Positions 8,660 through 19,607 of a stretch of DNA of 64,000 bases are shown in pieces. Source of the stretch: an uncultured Gammaproteobacteria bacterium (GTDB taxonomy: Bacteria > Patescibacteriota > Microgenomatia > Levybacterales > UBA12049); NCBI GenBank assembly GCA_964474445.1, contig CAYYSJ010000002.1:53610-117609 (forward strand), given 5' to 3'. The translations under genes were made by a program, and so were the position numbers. Below the pieces are notes generated by a model. That model was not told the origin of the DNA. It ran no database searches and saw only the letters and a list, made by a program, of their open reading frames with translations. Positions within the stretch are counted from its first letter, which is position 1; the number at the start of each line of letters is the position of its first letter.

Positions 8660-10453
8660 ATGCATGACCAAACACTAGTTAGAAATTTTGCAATAATAGC
8701 TCATATAGACCATGGTAAATCTACTCTGTCCGATCGGTTTTTAGAAATTACCGGTACGGTCAGAAAAGATATTCTTGGTAAACAAGAGCAATTTTTGGAT
8801 CAAAATCCAATTTCGAGAGAACGTGGTATTACCATCAAATTGGCTCCAGTAAGGATGTTTTATACTCCAAAAGAAATCCTGAAACAAACTCAGGATGAAA
8901 AGCTGAGTGCTTTGGGAATTAATTCAACATATATGTTGAATTTAATTGATACGCCTGGTCATGTAGATTTTTCTTACGAAGTCTCGCGCACCTTAGCTGC
9001 GTGTGAAGGAGTTATTCTTTTGGTTGACGCAACAAAAGGTGTACAAGCGCAGACAGTGGCTCATTTGCGTGCAGCACAAAAGCAAAATCTAGTCATTGTT
9101 CCCGCCATTAACAAAATTGATATGGACGGTGCAGAAGTCGAAAAGACGCTTAAGCAACTTGAGGTTTTGGGATTTGAGCCAACTACTATTCTTAAAATTT
9201 CTGCAAAGACAGGACAAGGAGTTGAAGAACTGTTGCAAAAAGCGATTATGAAGATTCCTTCTCCCCATGGATCTGCAGATAAAAATCTTCGTGCCCTTAT
9301 CTTTGATGCTGTATACGATGAACATCGGGGAGTTGTTGCTTTTGTGCGATTAATGGACGGAAAGGTAAAAACAAATGACAGTATAGCACTCGTCCAGACT
9401 GCAACCAAAACAAATGCGATTGATGTTGGACATTTTACGCCACAGCTTGTTAGTTCAGGTAATTTATCAGCAGGGGAAATTGGATACGTTGTGACAGGAG
9501 TCAAAGATATCCGTTTCGTTCGAGTAGGAGATACGATTGAACTCAACAATTTTCCTGTTGAACCACTTCCTGGATATACGACACCAAAGCCTATGGTTTT
9601 CTTTGGTGTGTATCCAAAGTCAACGGATGAGTTAGTACCTCTTCGGGAGGCACTGGGGAAATTGGCGCTCATTGATGCATCGTTAACATTTAATGAGGAA
9701 TATTCATCTTTTTTAGGGAGTGGATTTCGTGTTGGCTTTTTGGGATTATTGCATGCAGATATTTTTAAGCAGCGATTACAAAGGGAATATAACCTTGATC
9801 CATTATTTACCTTGCCACATGTAAATTATGAAAAAGAGGGTGTTGGGCAAGAAGTTCGTTATAAAGAGCCATACATGCATTTATCTGTTTTTGTTCCAGC
9901 AGAATATTTAGGTGGAGTCATGACAGTGTGCCAGAAAAGGAGGGGGGAAATGACACACATGGAATATCAGGACACCAATGTTATTCTAGAATATGATATG
10001 CCATATGCAATGTTTATTCGTGGATTGTCCAATGATTTAAAAACAGTTTCTAGCGGGTTTGCAAGTGTTGATTACGAGCTGACAGAATATAGAGACGCAG
10101 AGCTAGTAGAAGTAGGTGTTCAGATAAATGAAATACCAATTGATGTTCTCTCAGAGCTGACATACAGGGAAGATGCTGAATATTTGGCACGACTGAAAGC
10201 AGAAAAGCTTAAAGAAAGTCTCCCTCGTCAACAGTATCGTCAAGTTATTCAGTGTTTCGTTGGTGGACGCATTTTAGCGAGAGAAGAAATTGCACCATAC
10301 AGAAAAGATGTGCTTGCAAAGATGAGTGGCGGAGATAGAACGAGAAAAGATAAATTATTAGAAGCACAGAAAAAAGGGAAAAAGAAAATGTTTGGTATTT
10401 CAAAAGTGGAAGTTCCTCAAGAAGCTCTTTTTGAAATGATGAAAGGAAGCTAA
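8660..10453 (+). CDS. lepA: Elongation factor 4 (LepA)
   Basis: NFAIIAHIDHGKSTLSDR, DTPGHVDF, NKID and the C-terminal GGDRTRKDKLLEAQKKGKKKM signature. Confidence 0.95.
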   Translation: MHDQTLVRNFAIIAHIDHGKSTLSDRFLEITGTVRKDILGKQEQFLDQNPISRERGITIKLAPVRMFYTPKEILKQTQDEKLSALGINSTYMLNLIDTPGHVDFSYEVSRTLAACEGVILLVDATKGVQAQTVAHLRAAQKQNLVIVPAINKIDMDGAEVEKTLKQLEVLGFEPTTILKISAKTGQGVEELLQKAIMKIPSPHGSADKNLRALIFDAVYDEHRGVVAFVRLMDGKVKTNDSIALVQTATKTNAIDVGHFTPQLVSSGNLSAGEIGYVVTGVKDIRFVRVGDTIELNNFPVEPLPGYTTPKPMVFFGVYPKSTDELVPLREALGKLALIDASLTFNEEYSSFLGSGFRVGFLGLLHADIFKQRLQREYNLDPLFTLPHVNYEKEGVGQEVRYKEPYMHLSVFVPAEYLGGVMTVCQKRRGEMTHMEYQDTNVILEYDMPYAMFIRGLSNDLKTVSSGFASVDYELTEYRDAELVEVGVQINEIPIDVLSELTYREDAEYLARLKAEKLKESLPRQQYRQVIQCFVGGRILAREEIAPYRKDVLAKMSGGDRTRKDKLLEAQKKGKKKMFGISKVEVPQEALFEMMKGS

Positions 10454-10459
10454 ACTTCG

Positions 10460-11587
10460 TTACAACCCTACTACCAGTGCTACTCCCAAGACCGTTAAAA
10501 CTGCTCCGCCAATCCCTACAAAAAGAATCGTTTGGCCAGGGCCTGTTGGAGGGAGATTTCCATTTACTCCGCTGCCGACAGTAATCGTTTGCGAACAAGA
10601 AGCAGGATTACTTACATTGCCCGAGGATGTTGTGAGTGTAGCGGTTGCTGTAAAAGTACCATTCCCGCTGTAGGTATGGGGCGTTTGAGCATTGACATTA
10701 CCAGTACCAATTCCAGAACCGCTTGCAACAGTGTCAACAAGCCCATCACCATAGTTAAGAGCAATTTTTGTAATGCTGTCGTTGGTTGCATTTCCTGTCG
10801 TGGTAAAGGTAACATTCAGTGGTGCATTTCCTTTGGTTACACTTGCCGCAAGACTACTGCAGGTAACAGAAATATTTGCACCATTTGTGGTGGACCCACC
10901 GCCAGTCCCTCCTGATCCACCTGAACTTCCCGACCCACCACCAGTCCCTCCTCCGCCACCCGATGTTCCTCCGCTACCAGGTGTTGGTGTTGCAGTTCCA
11001 CCGCCTGCAGATGCTGTCCCTATGGTTATTAATCCGTCTTGTCCTGCTTGGAAGACATTTTCTGCTGCTTGATCTCCTGCTGCTGTTGAGAGTGCTTGGT
11101 TTTGGCCATTAACAAAACTTATTTTCGTTGGGGTTCCTGGATCAGTGTTTGCTTTTGCAGTGAGTTTGATACTTGCTATCTTTGCACGCGATTTAATAAT
11201 GGCATTATCGTTCTGACCAACAGAAAGAGTAAAGCTTACCTGACAAAGACTGCTATCGTTGCAGGTAATGGTTGGTTTTTCAAGTACGGTATACGTTGTA
11301 CTGTCAATGGTAACTGGGTTATCGCTTGCTTTCGTTAACTTCGTTCCGTCATATGTAAAAGTAGCTTTGACGAAAGATACTGCATTGACTCCTTGTGGGT
11401 CAACAATAATGGGAATGTCCATACTGTCTCCAACATTGACAGGACTTGCAGGTACGGTAAAGGAAAATTTGGTTGAAGCTGCAGCACCACTTTTAGTTTG
11501 AGTTTGATTTTGGAGAACAAAAATAGCAAGGGGAAGGCCAACAAGGAGTGTTAATCCAAGTCCCAGTAATATAAGTTTCTTAATCAT
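10460..11587 (-). CDS. Secreted surface protein with a Gly/Ser/Thr-rich linker, a PKD-like domain and a C-terminal LPPTG sorting signal
   Basis: Probable start at MIKKLILLGLGLTLLVGL (signal peptide). It carries a GGGTATPTPGSGGTSGGGGGTGGGSGSSGG.. linker. A PKD-like segment reads NVTFTTTGNATNDS..YGDG..HTYSGNGTFTATATL. The C-terminus is NLPPTGPGQTILFVGIGGAVLTVLGVALVVGL. Confidence 0.55.
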   Translation of the reverse strand: MIKKLILLGLGLTLLVGLPLAIFVLQNQTQTKSGAAASTKFSFTVPASPVNVGDSMDIPIIVDPQGVNAVSFVKATFTYDGTKLTKASDNPVTIDSTTYTVLEKPTITCNDSSLCQVSFTLSVGQNDNAIIKSRAKIASIKLTAKANTDPGTPTKISFVNGQNQALSTAAGDQAAENVFQAGQDGLITIGTASAGGGTATPTPGSGGTSGGGGGTGGGSGSSGGSGGTGGGSTTNGANISVTCSSLAASVTKGNAPLNVTFTTTGNATNDSITKIALNYGDGLVDTVASGSGIGTGNVNAQTPHTYSGNGTFTATATLTTSSGNVSNPASCSQTITVGSGVNGNLPPTGPGQTILFVGIGGAVLTVLGVALVVGL

Positions 11588-11666
11588 AATACTAGCATAC
11601 AACGATAAGAAACAAATACGCAAATAATTAAATAATAAAAAATGAATAGCAATCAAGAAAGGGGGC

Positions 11667-11724
11667 TTGACAAAAAATATCAAAGTCTGGTATAAAATTA
11701 GCAGTCACTCACCCTGAGTGATTT
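11667..11724 (+). promoter_or_regulatory. groESL promoter (TTGACA-18-TATAAA) with an overlapping degenerate CIRCE-like HrcA operator (TTAGCAGTC-N9-GAGTGATTT)
   Basis: The inverted repeat at 11698..11724 lies 54 nt upstream of the groES ATG. It matches the CIRCE consensus TTAGCACTC-N9-GAGTGCTAA at 14/18 positions. Confidence 0.6.
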
Positions 11725-11777
11725 CAAGGTTCTTGCTCTGAGTTTAATTAGAGCTGCCCCAGAATCTGAAAATAACT

Positions 11778-12068
11778 ATGAACGTAAAACCTTTATTTGA
11801 TAATGTCCTTATTGAGCCTTTAGAAGCAGAAGAAAAAACAGCAAGTGGCATTATTTTACCAGAGACAGCAAAAGAGAAGCCACAAATGGGTAAAGTTGTT
11901 GCAGTTGGTGAAGGAAAGTTTGATGAGGATGGAAAGCATATAAAGGTGTCTGTCAAAGTTGGTGACACTGTTATGTACAAAAAATGGGGTGGAGAAGACG
12001 TTGTTGTTGAAGGAAAAGATATGGTAATGGTTGAAGAAAAAAATATTTTAGCAGTTGTTTCAAAATAA
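11778..12068 (+). CDS. groES: Co-chaperonin GroES
   Basis: 96 aa. KPLFDNVLIEPLEAEEKTASGIILPE...GDTVMYKKWGG is canonical Cpn10. Confidence 0.95.
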   Translation: MNVKPLFDNVLIEPLEAEEKTASGIILPETAKEKPQMGKVVAVGEGKFDEDGKHIKVSVKVGDTVMYKKWGGEDVVVEGKDMVMVEEKNILAVVSK

Positions 12069-13715
<1,647 letters not shown>

Positions 13716-13753
13716 AGCAACGTAAAGCTAAAAAAGGCAGCTTTGAAAATTAT

Positions 13754-13773
13754 CCGCCATCAGGCGGTTTTTT
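13754..13773 (+). terminator. Intrinsic terminator after groEL
   Basis: CCGCC-atca-GGCGG hairpin followed by TTTTTT. Confidence 0.6.
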
Positions 13774-13790
13774 GATGGAAATCTAAGGCC

Positions 13791-14177
13791 TTAATGCAAG
13801 ACAATTGAGTAAGTTTTTATCAATTTTATTTTTGCATGTTTGCTGTGACTGTTGAATGTATACATGTTGCAAAAAGCAACCGATCCGCCATCTTCAAATT
13901 TCAATATTCCATTAGCTGCTACACGATCACCATGACTAACAATATTTTCAAAAGCTAATTCTGTAACTTTTGATCTCTTAGCATCTTCTGTCAAAAGACG
14001 TTCTACTGCTTCCTGCCCTTGTACTGTCTTATATCCTGGTATCTCCAGGCAAATATCATCTGTAAGCATATCCATAACAGTTTTTATATCTCCATGTACA
14101 TTTGCAACACAGAAATCTTTTATAAATCGTCTTTTGGGAGCATTATCACAATCTGCAGGAACAGTAATTTTGACCAT
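13791..14177 (-). CDS. NTF2/SnoaL-like fold hypothetical protein
   Basis: 128 aa soluble protein. The pattern resembles SnoaL/ketosteroid-isomerase-like small cone-fold proteins. Weak call. Confidence 0.35.
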   Translation of the reverse strand: MVKITVPADCDNAPKRRFIKDFCVANVHGDIKTVMDMLTDDICLEIPGYKTVQGQEAVERLLTEDAKRSKVTELAFENIVSHGDRVAANGILKFEDGGSVAFCNMYTFNSHSKHAKIKLIKTYSIVLH

Positions 14178-14286
14178 ACATCCATCATATCAAATTTTTG
14201 TATAGGGATATTCAGAATGAAAATGGTTTTGAGGTGTTACACATGAATGATTCAGACCTAAAATGAATACAAATTATTTGTAAATG

Positions 14287-14673
14287 CTAAATGACCTGTA
14301 TTTCTATATCTCTTTTTCTTGGACCATCCAGCTCCACTAACACTACTCTTTGCCAAACACCAAGTGTTAATTGCTGTTGTTGAAAAGGAATTGTCAAAGA
14401 GGGACCAATAATAGATGAAAGAATATGATCAGGAGCATGAGATGGATCATGGGGATGACGATATTGCATTTGTGGCAACATGCCTCTTAGTGCATCTAAA
14501 AAATCCAAATCAGTTCCTGGATCTAAATCAGCAGTAGTGACAGCGCATGTTGTATGTTTTATAAAAATTGTTACTACACCGCTTTCTTTTGCTTCTTTTT
14601 CCAAAACTTCTTCTATGTCATCCGTTATATCAATAATTTCGTCTTTTTGAGTTGTTTGGATAGTTATCTGCAT
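14287..14673 (-). CDS. YjbQ/UPF0047 family protein
   Basis: VTIFIKHTTCAVTTADLDPGTD...YRHP...HILSSIIGPSLTIPF..LTLGVWQRVVLVELDGPRKRDIEI matches the YjbQ family signature. Confidence 0.75.
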   Translation of the reverse strand: MQITIQTTQKDEIIDITDDIEEVLEKEAKESGVVTIFIKHTTCAVTTADLDPGTDLDFLDALRGMLPQMQYRHPHDPSHAPDHILSSIIGPSLTIPFQQQQLTLGVWQRVVLVELDGPRKRDIEIQVI

Positions 14674-14675
14674 GT

Positions 14676-15152
14676 CTATCTATTCCAATTATCCATAACT
14701 TGCCTCATGATTGCAAATTCTCCAACATGGTAAGCAGTATGATCAGCTACCAGCAAAAACTCTCTCATATATGTTTGTCCTGTCCCATGAGGAATTCTTT
14801 CTGTAAGATTCATATGAGGATCCATGACCATAATGGTGAGTTGTTGTAAATCGTCAAAATATTGCTTGAGAGTATTTTCCCAAATTTCCCTTGTTGCTTT
14901 CTCATCTTTTGTTGGCCAGTAATCTGTTGGCCATTCCATCTCAACATAATGCGGATTAATTATAAAATCCAAAATATCATGTTGAGTCCGACGAATATGT
15001 TCTAGTACATGCCAGGGAGTATAGGTTCCTTGAGGGAAGACAATGTTCATAGCACTTTCAGGAAAATCTTTCGTTGCATCAACAATAGTCATATGTGCTT
15101 GTCCCTTTGTGAGAAGATCAGTTATTTGTTCTCTCACCACACCCTCATCCAT
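14676..15152 (-). CDS. DinB-like four-helix-bundle protein (DinB_2/YfiT-like, uncertain)
   Basis: 158 aa, His-rich (HVLEHIRRTQHD, ADHTAYHVGEF). Stop-start adjacent with the YjbQ gene. Confidence 0.35.
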   Translation of the reverse strand: MDEGVVREQITDLLTKGQAHMTIVDATKDFPESAMNIVFPQGTYTPWHVLEHIRRTQHDILDFIINPHYVEMEWPTDYWPTKDEKATREIWENTLKQYFDDLQQLTIMVMDPHMNLTERIPHGTGQTYMREFLLVADHTAYHVGEFAIMRQVMDNWNR

Positions 15153-15240
15153 ATGTTCTTTCTACTCTTTCAATGTAATAAATGCAAGTGGAGTCAATCG
15201 GTCGGTTGACATTTATTACCAATACTGAAATACTTAAAGA

Positions 15241-16203
15241 ATGGATGGACAAAATACTAATCCACAAACCCCACAAGCAAATACACCAACGAATCCAGAA
15301 GTATCTGAGACACAAACCTCTGCAGTAGCTCAACCTGCTCAAAATCAAGAGCAGCTTTCTGTTGCATCACAATCTCCTGCAGAATCAAGCACCGGATCAA
15401 CTTCCACTGAACAGAATACCACTACACCTGTAAGCCCAACTCCTTCCTCTGGATCTGAACCAGTGCAAGCTTCTACTCCACAAAGCCAAACCCCTCAAGA
15501 AACACCCGCTTCGGCAACACAACCAGAACCAACACCTGTTGCAGTAACTCCAATGACCCAACAGCCTGTCGTGGGAACACCGGATTCTCTGCAACAGGCA
15601 GCTGGAGTACCAGCTGTTCCTCCAACTCCAAAAAAGGGCATTAGCATTTGGCTTGTGTTGTCATTTATCGTTCTGCTTTTTGCAGGAATAGGAGGCCTTT
15701 ATTTTTATATGGTAAATAATATGCAGTCAATTCCAACAGTACCTAGACTTGCTTACCCAAACAAAGCCACCAAACCCACAGTTGCTGTTAATTTGTCTCC
15801 TTCTCCTTCCAGTACACAAAGCGCTGTAGGACAGGGAAGTGTGAGTGGCACGCTCTGTTATCCATCAAGCACTATCCCAGCTGGGACAATTACTGCAAAA
15901 GATATGACAACAAATAAATTGTATACGCAAGCATATGCAGGATCCGGGGCAGCAGGAAGTACAACATATACGTTTTCATTGCCAATCGGTATGTATTATC
16001 TCAAATTTACTCCAACACAGAATCAAACTGTTGTGGGATATTATACAGATTATTCAAGCTGTGTTGGCAATTCAACAAATCCAAATTGCTCAGGGCAAAA
16101 GTTGCGACCTCTTCTCGCTGCCACGGTCTCAGCAAATATGACAGTACAAAACATAAATTTGTGTGATTATTATTATCCAACGAACACTCCTCCACAATTC
16201 TAG
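15241..16203 (+). CDS. Membrane-anchored protein with a T/P/Q-rich disordered N-terminus and a Cys-containing extracytoplasmic C-terminal domain
   Basis: The N-terminal 140 aa are low-complexity (TPQANTPTNPEVSETQTS...). One TM helix (ISIWLVLSFIVLLFAGIGGLYFYMV). The C-terminal domain has 6 Cys. Confidence 0.45.
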   Translation: MDGQNTNPQTPQANTPTNPEVSETQTSAVAQPAQNQEQLSVASQSPAESSTGSTSTEQNTTTPVSPTPSSGSEPVQASTPQSQTPQETPASATQPEPTPVAVTPMTQQPVVGTPDSLQQAAGVPAVPPTPKKGISIWLVLSFIVLLFAGIGGLYFYMVNNMQSIPTVPRLAYPNKATKPTVAVNLSPSPSSTQSAVGQGSVSGTLCYPSSTIPAGTITAKDMTTNKLYTQAYAGSGAAGSTTYTFSLPIGMYYLKFTPTQNQTVVGYYTDYSSCVGNSTNPNCSGQKLRPLLAATVSANMTVQNINLCDYYYPTNTPPQF

Positions 16204-16292
16204 AACATTTGAATTGATGGACATGTTTTATTCCATTCTTAAGCACTGTATCTAGCTTCCAATTTCCAATATCTAATTTCAAAACTTTTTTA

Positions 16293-16301
16293 TGCTATAA
16301 T
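16293..16301 (+). promoter_or_regulatory. Extended -10 promoter element TGCTATAAT, 6 nt upstream of the trhO ATG (near-leaderless)
   Basis: TGcTATAAT at 16293..16301, ATG at 16308. The same 9-mer recurs upstream of other genes at 17301 and 55520, and as TGCTATACT at 6714. Confidence 0.5.
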
Positions 16302-16307
16302 TTCCCC

Positions 16308-17246
16308 ATGTTACAACAAGATTTTCAAGTACTTCTGTATTACAAATATGTAGATATCAAAAATCCAGAAGAAGTCAGAGACGAGCAGAAAAAAATCTGC
16401 AATCTATTAGGCCTGAAAGGTCGTATTATTGTCGCATATGAAGGGATTAATGGCACTTTGGAAGGGACAATTGAAGCAACTGAAAAATACATCGAGGAAA
16501 TGGAAAAAAGCATATATTTTCAGGGTATTACCTATAAAAAGAGTGTCAGTATAGGAAATGCATTTCCCAAGCTATCTATTAAAGTAAGACCAGAAGTTGT
16601 AACAGCGCGGATGCCAGGACTCAATCCGAACTACGTAACTGGCAAACATTTGCCAGCAGAAGAATTGCATAAGTGGTTTGAGGGAAAACGGGAGTTCTAT
16701 ATTGTTGACATGCGGAATGATTATGAATACGCTTCGGGATATTTTGAAGGAAGTATTTTTTCAGGGATGCATAATTTCTATGATTTAGCGGAGGTGCTTC
16801 CAAGACTAGAACACTTAAAAAATAAAACAATAGTAACGGTATGTACTGGAGGAATCAGATGTGAGAAAGCATCAGGATTTTTAGTTGATAATGGATTTGC
16901 TGATGTGTATCAGCTCCAAGATGGTATTCAAACGTATATGGAAAAATACCCCAATGAGCATTTTAAAGGAAAGCTTTATGTATTTGATGGGAGAATTACC
17001 ATAGGATTTAATACTGATAGTGTAGATCATGAAATTGTTGGGACATGTATGCATTGTGGGGTAATTTGTGACAGTTATGTCAATTGTGAATATGATGTCT
17101 GTCATCGTCACTACATTTGTTGTGAGAATTGCAAGGATAGTGAGAGTGGGTTTGCTTTTTGTAACAGTGATTGTAAAGAAAAATATCTTTCGAGCAAACA
17201 GGTAAGAAAAAATTCTTCTGCAAAAACTTCTCCACTATCTCTATAA
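16308..17246 (+). CDS. trhO: tRNA uridine(34) hydroxylase TrhO (rhodanese-domain protein YceA/UPF0176) with a Cys-rich C-terminal tail
   Basis: LLYYKYVDIKNPEEV..KGRIIVAYEGINGTL.. and a rhodanese active-site loop CTGGIRCEKAS. The C-terminus contains CMHCGVICDSYVNCEYDVCHRHYICCENCKDS. Confidence 0.8.
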   Translation: MLQQDFQVLLYYKYVDIKNPEEVRDEQKKICNLLGLKGRIIVAYEGINGTLEGTIEATEKYIEEMEKSIYFQGITYKKSVSIGNAFPKLSIKVRPEVVTARMPGLNPNYVTGKHLPAEELHKWFEGKREFYIVDMRNDYEYASGYFEGSIFSGMHNFYDLAEVLPRLEHLKNKTIVTVCTGGIRCEKASGFLVDNGFADVYQLQDGIQTYMEKYPNEHFKGKLYVFDGRITIGFNTDSVDHEIVGTCMHCGVICDSYVNCEYDVCHRHYICCENCKDSESGFAFCNSDCKEKYLSSKQVRKNSSAKTSPLSL

Positions 17247-17332
17247 AGTTTGTCGTCTCTGATTTTTATCACTGACATAATTCATTCTAAATTTTATCTT
17301 TGCTATAATACATGCAGGTATATGAGATAATT

Positions 17333-18475
17333 ATGAAATTATATCCTTTTATTGCATTCCTACTCCTTTTTCTCCTTCTTCCATTTTCTGTTTTTGCTGC
17401 TGATCAGCAAACAGTTATTCTTTCTAAGAATGAAACAGTAAATCATGATTATTTTGCTACAGGAGGAAGTGTTGATATTGCAGGAACAGTCAATGGTGAT
17501 GTCTATGCTGGAGGAGGTAATGTGTTAATTGATGGGACAGTGAATGGTGATGTCCTTGCTGCAGGTGGACAAGTAACAGTAAGGGGAACTGTTCAGAATA
17601 TACGAGTAGCCGGAGGACAAATTGTTATTGACGGCAAGGTCAATGGAAATGTGACTGCTCTTGGAGGGAACATAACGACAACAGACACATCCACTATTAG
17701 CGGAGGCCTTGTTGGTGCAGGGGGACAATATAATTTACTTGGGCCTGTTGGTAAAACCGTCTCCATTGCATCTGGTCAAATAACTCTTGGAAGTATGATC
17801 GGAAGCGATGTCTGGCTGAATAGTCAAACTATTATCCTTACTCCCCAGGCAAAAGTAAATGGAAATGTTTCTTATGTCAGTCCACAGAATGCCCAGATCG
17901 CAAATGGTGCTATTATCAGTGGAAAAGTAAGTCACTCTTTTCCTCCTCAAAAACAGGAAAGACATGCGCGTGGTCTTATTGCAGCACTGGCAGGGCTTCG
18001 AATAGGTGTATCTATCGTGAGCTTTTTAGTAAGTCTTGTCTTTGGACTTTTATTGTTTCTCCTGATTCCTGTATATTCTGAAAGGATAACAGAACATATT
18101 TCACGCCATCCCTGGCAATCACTTCTTGTAGGAATTGTTGGTTGGGTACTCACACCTCTCGCCATTATTCTCCTTACAATAACACTTATTGGTATTCCAT
18201 TTGCAGTGGTTGTAGGCATTGCGATAGGTATCCTTTCCTATATTGGAAAAATCCTTGCGGCGGTTGTTATTGGACAATGGATAGTAGCACGGTTTGATAA
18301 ACGGAAAAATAATATTGTTGCACTCTTGGTTGGACTAATCGCAGTTGAGATAGTTGGACTTATTCCTGTCCTGGGTTGGTTATTTGCGTTTATCGTTGCA
18401 GCCATCGGATTTGGTGCAGTACTTTTTATGGAGAGAATATACTATACAGAATTTCGAGCGAAAAAACTCATTTAA
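17333..18475 (+). CDS. Signal-peptide protein with bactofilin-like beta-helical repeats and a C-terminal multi-TM domain
   Basis: MKLYPFIAFLLLFLLLPFSVFA-AD signal peptide, then repeated (G)TVNGDV.. / AGG.V.I.G.VNGNV motifs, then 4 or more TM helices. Start taken at the second ATG because the TGCTATAAT -10 box ends 2 nt before the first ATG. Confidence 0.5.
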   Translation: MKLYPFIAFLLLFLLLPFSVFAADQQTVILSKNETVNHDYFATGGSVDIAGTVNGDVYAGGGNVLIDGTVNGDVLAAGGQVTVRGTVQNIRVAGGQIVIDGKVNGNVTALGGNITTTDTSTISGGLVGAGGQYNLLGPVGKTVSIASGQITLGSMIGSDVWLNSQTIILTPQAKVNGNVSYVSPQNAQIANGAIISGKVSHSFPPQKQERHARGLIAALAGLRIGVSIVSFLVSLVFGLLLFLLIPVYSERITEHISRHPWQSLLVGIVGWVLTPLAIILLTITLIGIPFAVVVGIAIGILSYIGKILAAVVIGQWIVARFDKRKNNIVALLVGLIAVEIVGLIPVLGWLFAFIVAAIGFGAVLFMERIYYTEFRAKKLI

Positions 18476-19571
18476 CAATTTGTTCCCAGGGAAATCCTTT
18501 TCGTCCAAAGTGGCCATACGCAGCAGTCTTTTTATATAGAGGTTTTCGTAAATCAAGTCGTTTAAGAATACCACTTACAGATGTGTCTAAAAGTTCTTTC
18601 ATAAAATGTTTGATAACCTTGTCGCTCTTTTTAGCAGTTCCAAACGTCTCGATGTCTTGCATAACAGGATGTTTGACTCCAATACAGTAAGCAAGTCTCA
18701 CCTCACATTTTTCAGCCAACTTATGGGCAACGATATTTTTTGCTAAAAACCGTGCAGCATATGCTGCAGACCTATCTACTTTTGTTGGGTCTTTTCCAGA
18801 AAAGGCACCACCACCAATTCGTGCATAGCCTCCATATGTGTCAACAACAATTTTTCTGCCAGTTACCCCAGTATCGCTTGCAGGTCCTCCAATGTGCCAT
18901 ACGCTTGTTCCATTGACAATCAGTTGGTCTTTTTTAATAGCAAATCCATATTTTTTGAGAAGTGGTGAAACTACTTTTTGGTACAAATCATGCTCTACTT
19001 CAGGAAGTGTGACTTTCTCATCATGAGGAACGGCAATAACAACTGTAGTAACTCCTATTGGTTTGCCATTGTTATACTCAACAGTTACTTGTGTTTTGCC
19101 ATCTGGTCGAAGATAAGGTATTTTTTTTGATGTTCGTGCTGTATCCAGTTTTTCAGCAAGTCGATGCGCAAGGGTGATGGGGAGAGGCATCAGCTCTGGT
19201 GTCTCGTTACAAGCAAATCCAAACATCATTCCTTGATCTCCTGCCCCTTCATTATCAACACCAACTGCTATTTCAGGAGATTGCTCATGGATATATACCT
19301 CAACAGAAGATTTATAGGTAAAACGGAAAAGAGGATTGGTATATCCCAAGTCCTTTATGACATTTCGTGCGACTTTCTCAAAGTGTACTTTTGCATTAGC
19401 TGTAACTTCTCCGGCCAACACAATTTTTTCTTCAGTCACCAATGTCTCAACAGCAACTCGTCCTTTAGAATCTTCTCTCAGTACAGCATCCACTATCGCA
19501 TCGCTGACCTGATCACAAATCTTATCAGGGTGTCCACTACAAACTGACTCTGATGTAAAAATACTGCTCAT
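18468..19571 (-). CDS. metK: S-adenosylmethionine synthetase
   Basis: MSSIFTSESVCSGHPDKICDQVSDAIVDA..GAGDQGMMFGFA..GGGAFSGKDPTKVDRSAAYAAR. Start at the internal Met, because the upstream 67 codons of the table ORF are the riboswitch leader. Confidence 0.93.
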   Translation of the reverse strand: MSSIFTSESVCSGHPDKICDQVSDAIVDAVLREDSKGRVAVETLVTEEKIVLAGEVTANAKVHFEKVARNVIKDLGYTNPLFRFTYKSSVEVYIHEQSPEIAVGVDNEGAGDQGMMFGFACNETPELMPLPITLAHRLAEKLDTARTSKKIPYLRPDGKTQVTVEYNNGKPIGVTTVVIAVPHDEKVTLPEVEHDLYQKVVSPLLKKYGFAIKKDQLIVNGTSVWHIGGPASDTGVTGRKIVVDTYGGYARIGGGAFSGKDPTKVDRSAAYAARFLAKNIVAHKLAEKCEVRLAYCIGVKHPVMQDIETFGTAKKSDKVIKHFMKELLDTSVSGILKRLDLRKPLYKKTAAYGHFGRKGFPWEQIVK

Positions 19572-19607
19572 ATGCTTAGACTCCTTTTTCGTCTTCCTTT
19601 TGATTAC

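Noticed and set aside
8760-8950. Extra roughly 16 residues in LepA between the G1 and G3 motifs (FYTPKEILKQTQDEKLSALGINSTYM)
   Set aside because: This is probably a lineage-specific loop insertion in an otherwise canonical EF4. It is not evidence of an intein or a frameshift, since there is no Cys/Ser-His-Asn intein ends pattern.
10860-11000. Repetitive GC-rich DNA (ccacc/ccagtccctcc units) that could be mistaken for a repeat array
   Set aside because: It is the coding sequence of the Gly/Ser/Thr linker of the LPPTG protein (reverse strand), that is, low-complexity coding DNA. It is not a CRISPR array: there are no regular spacers.
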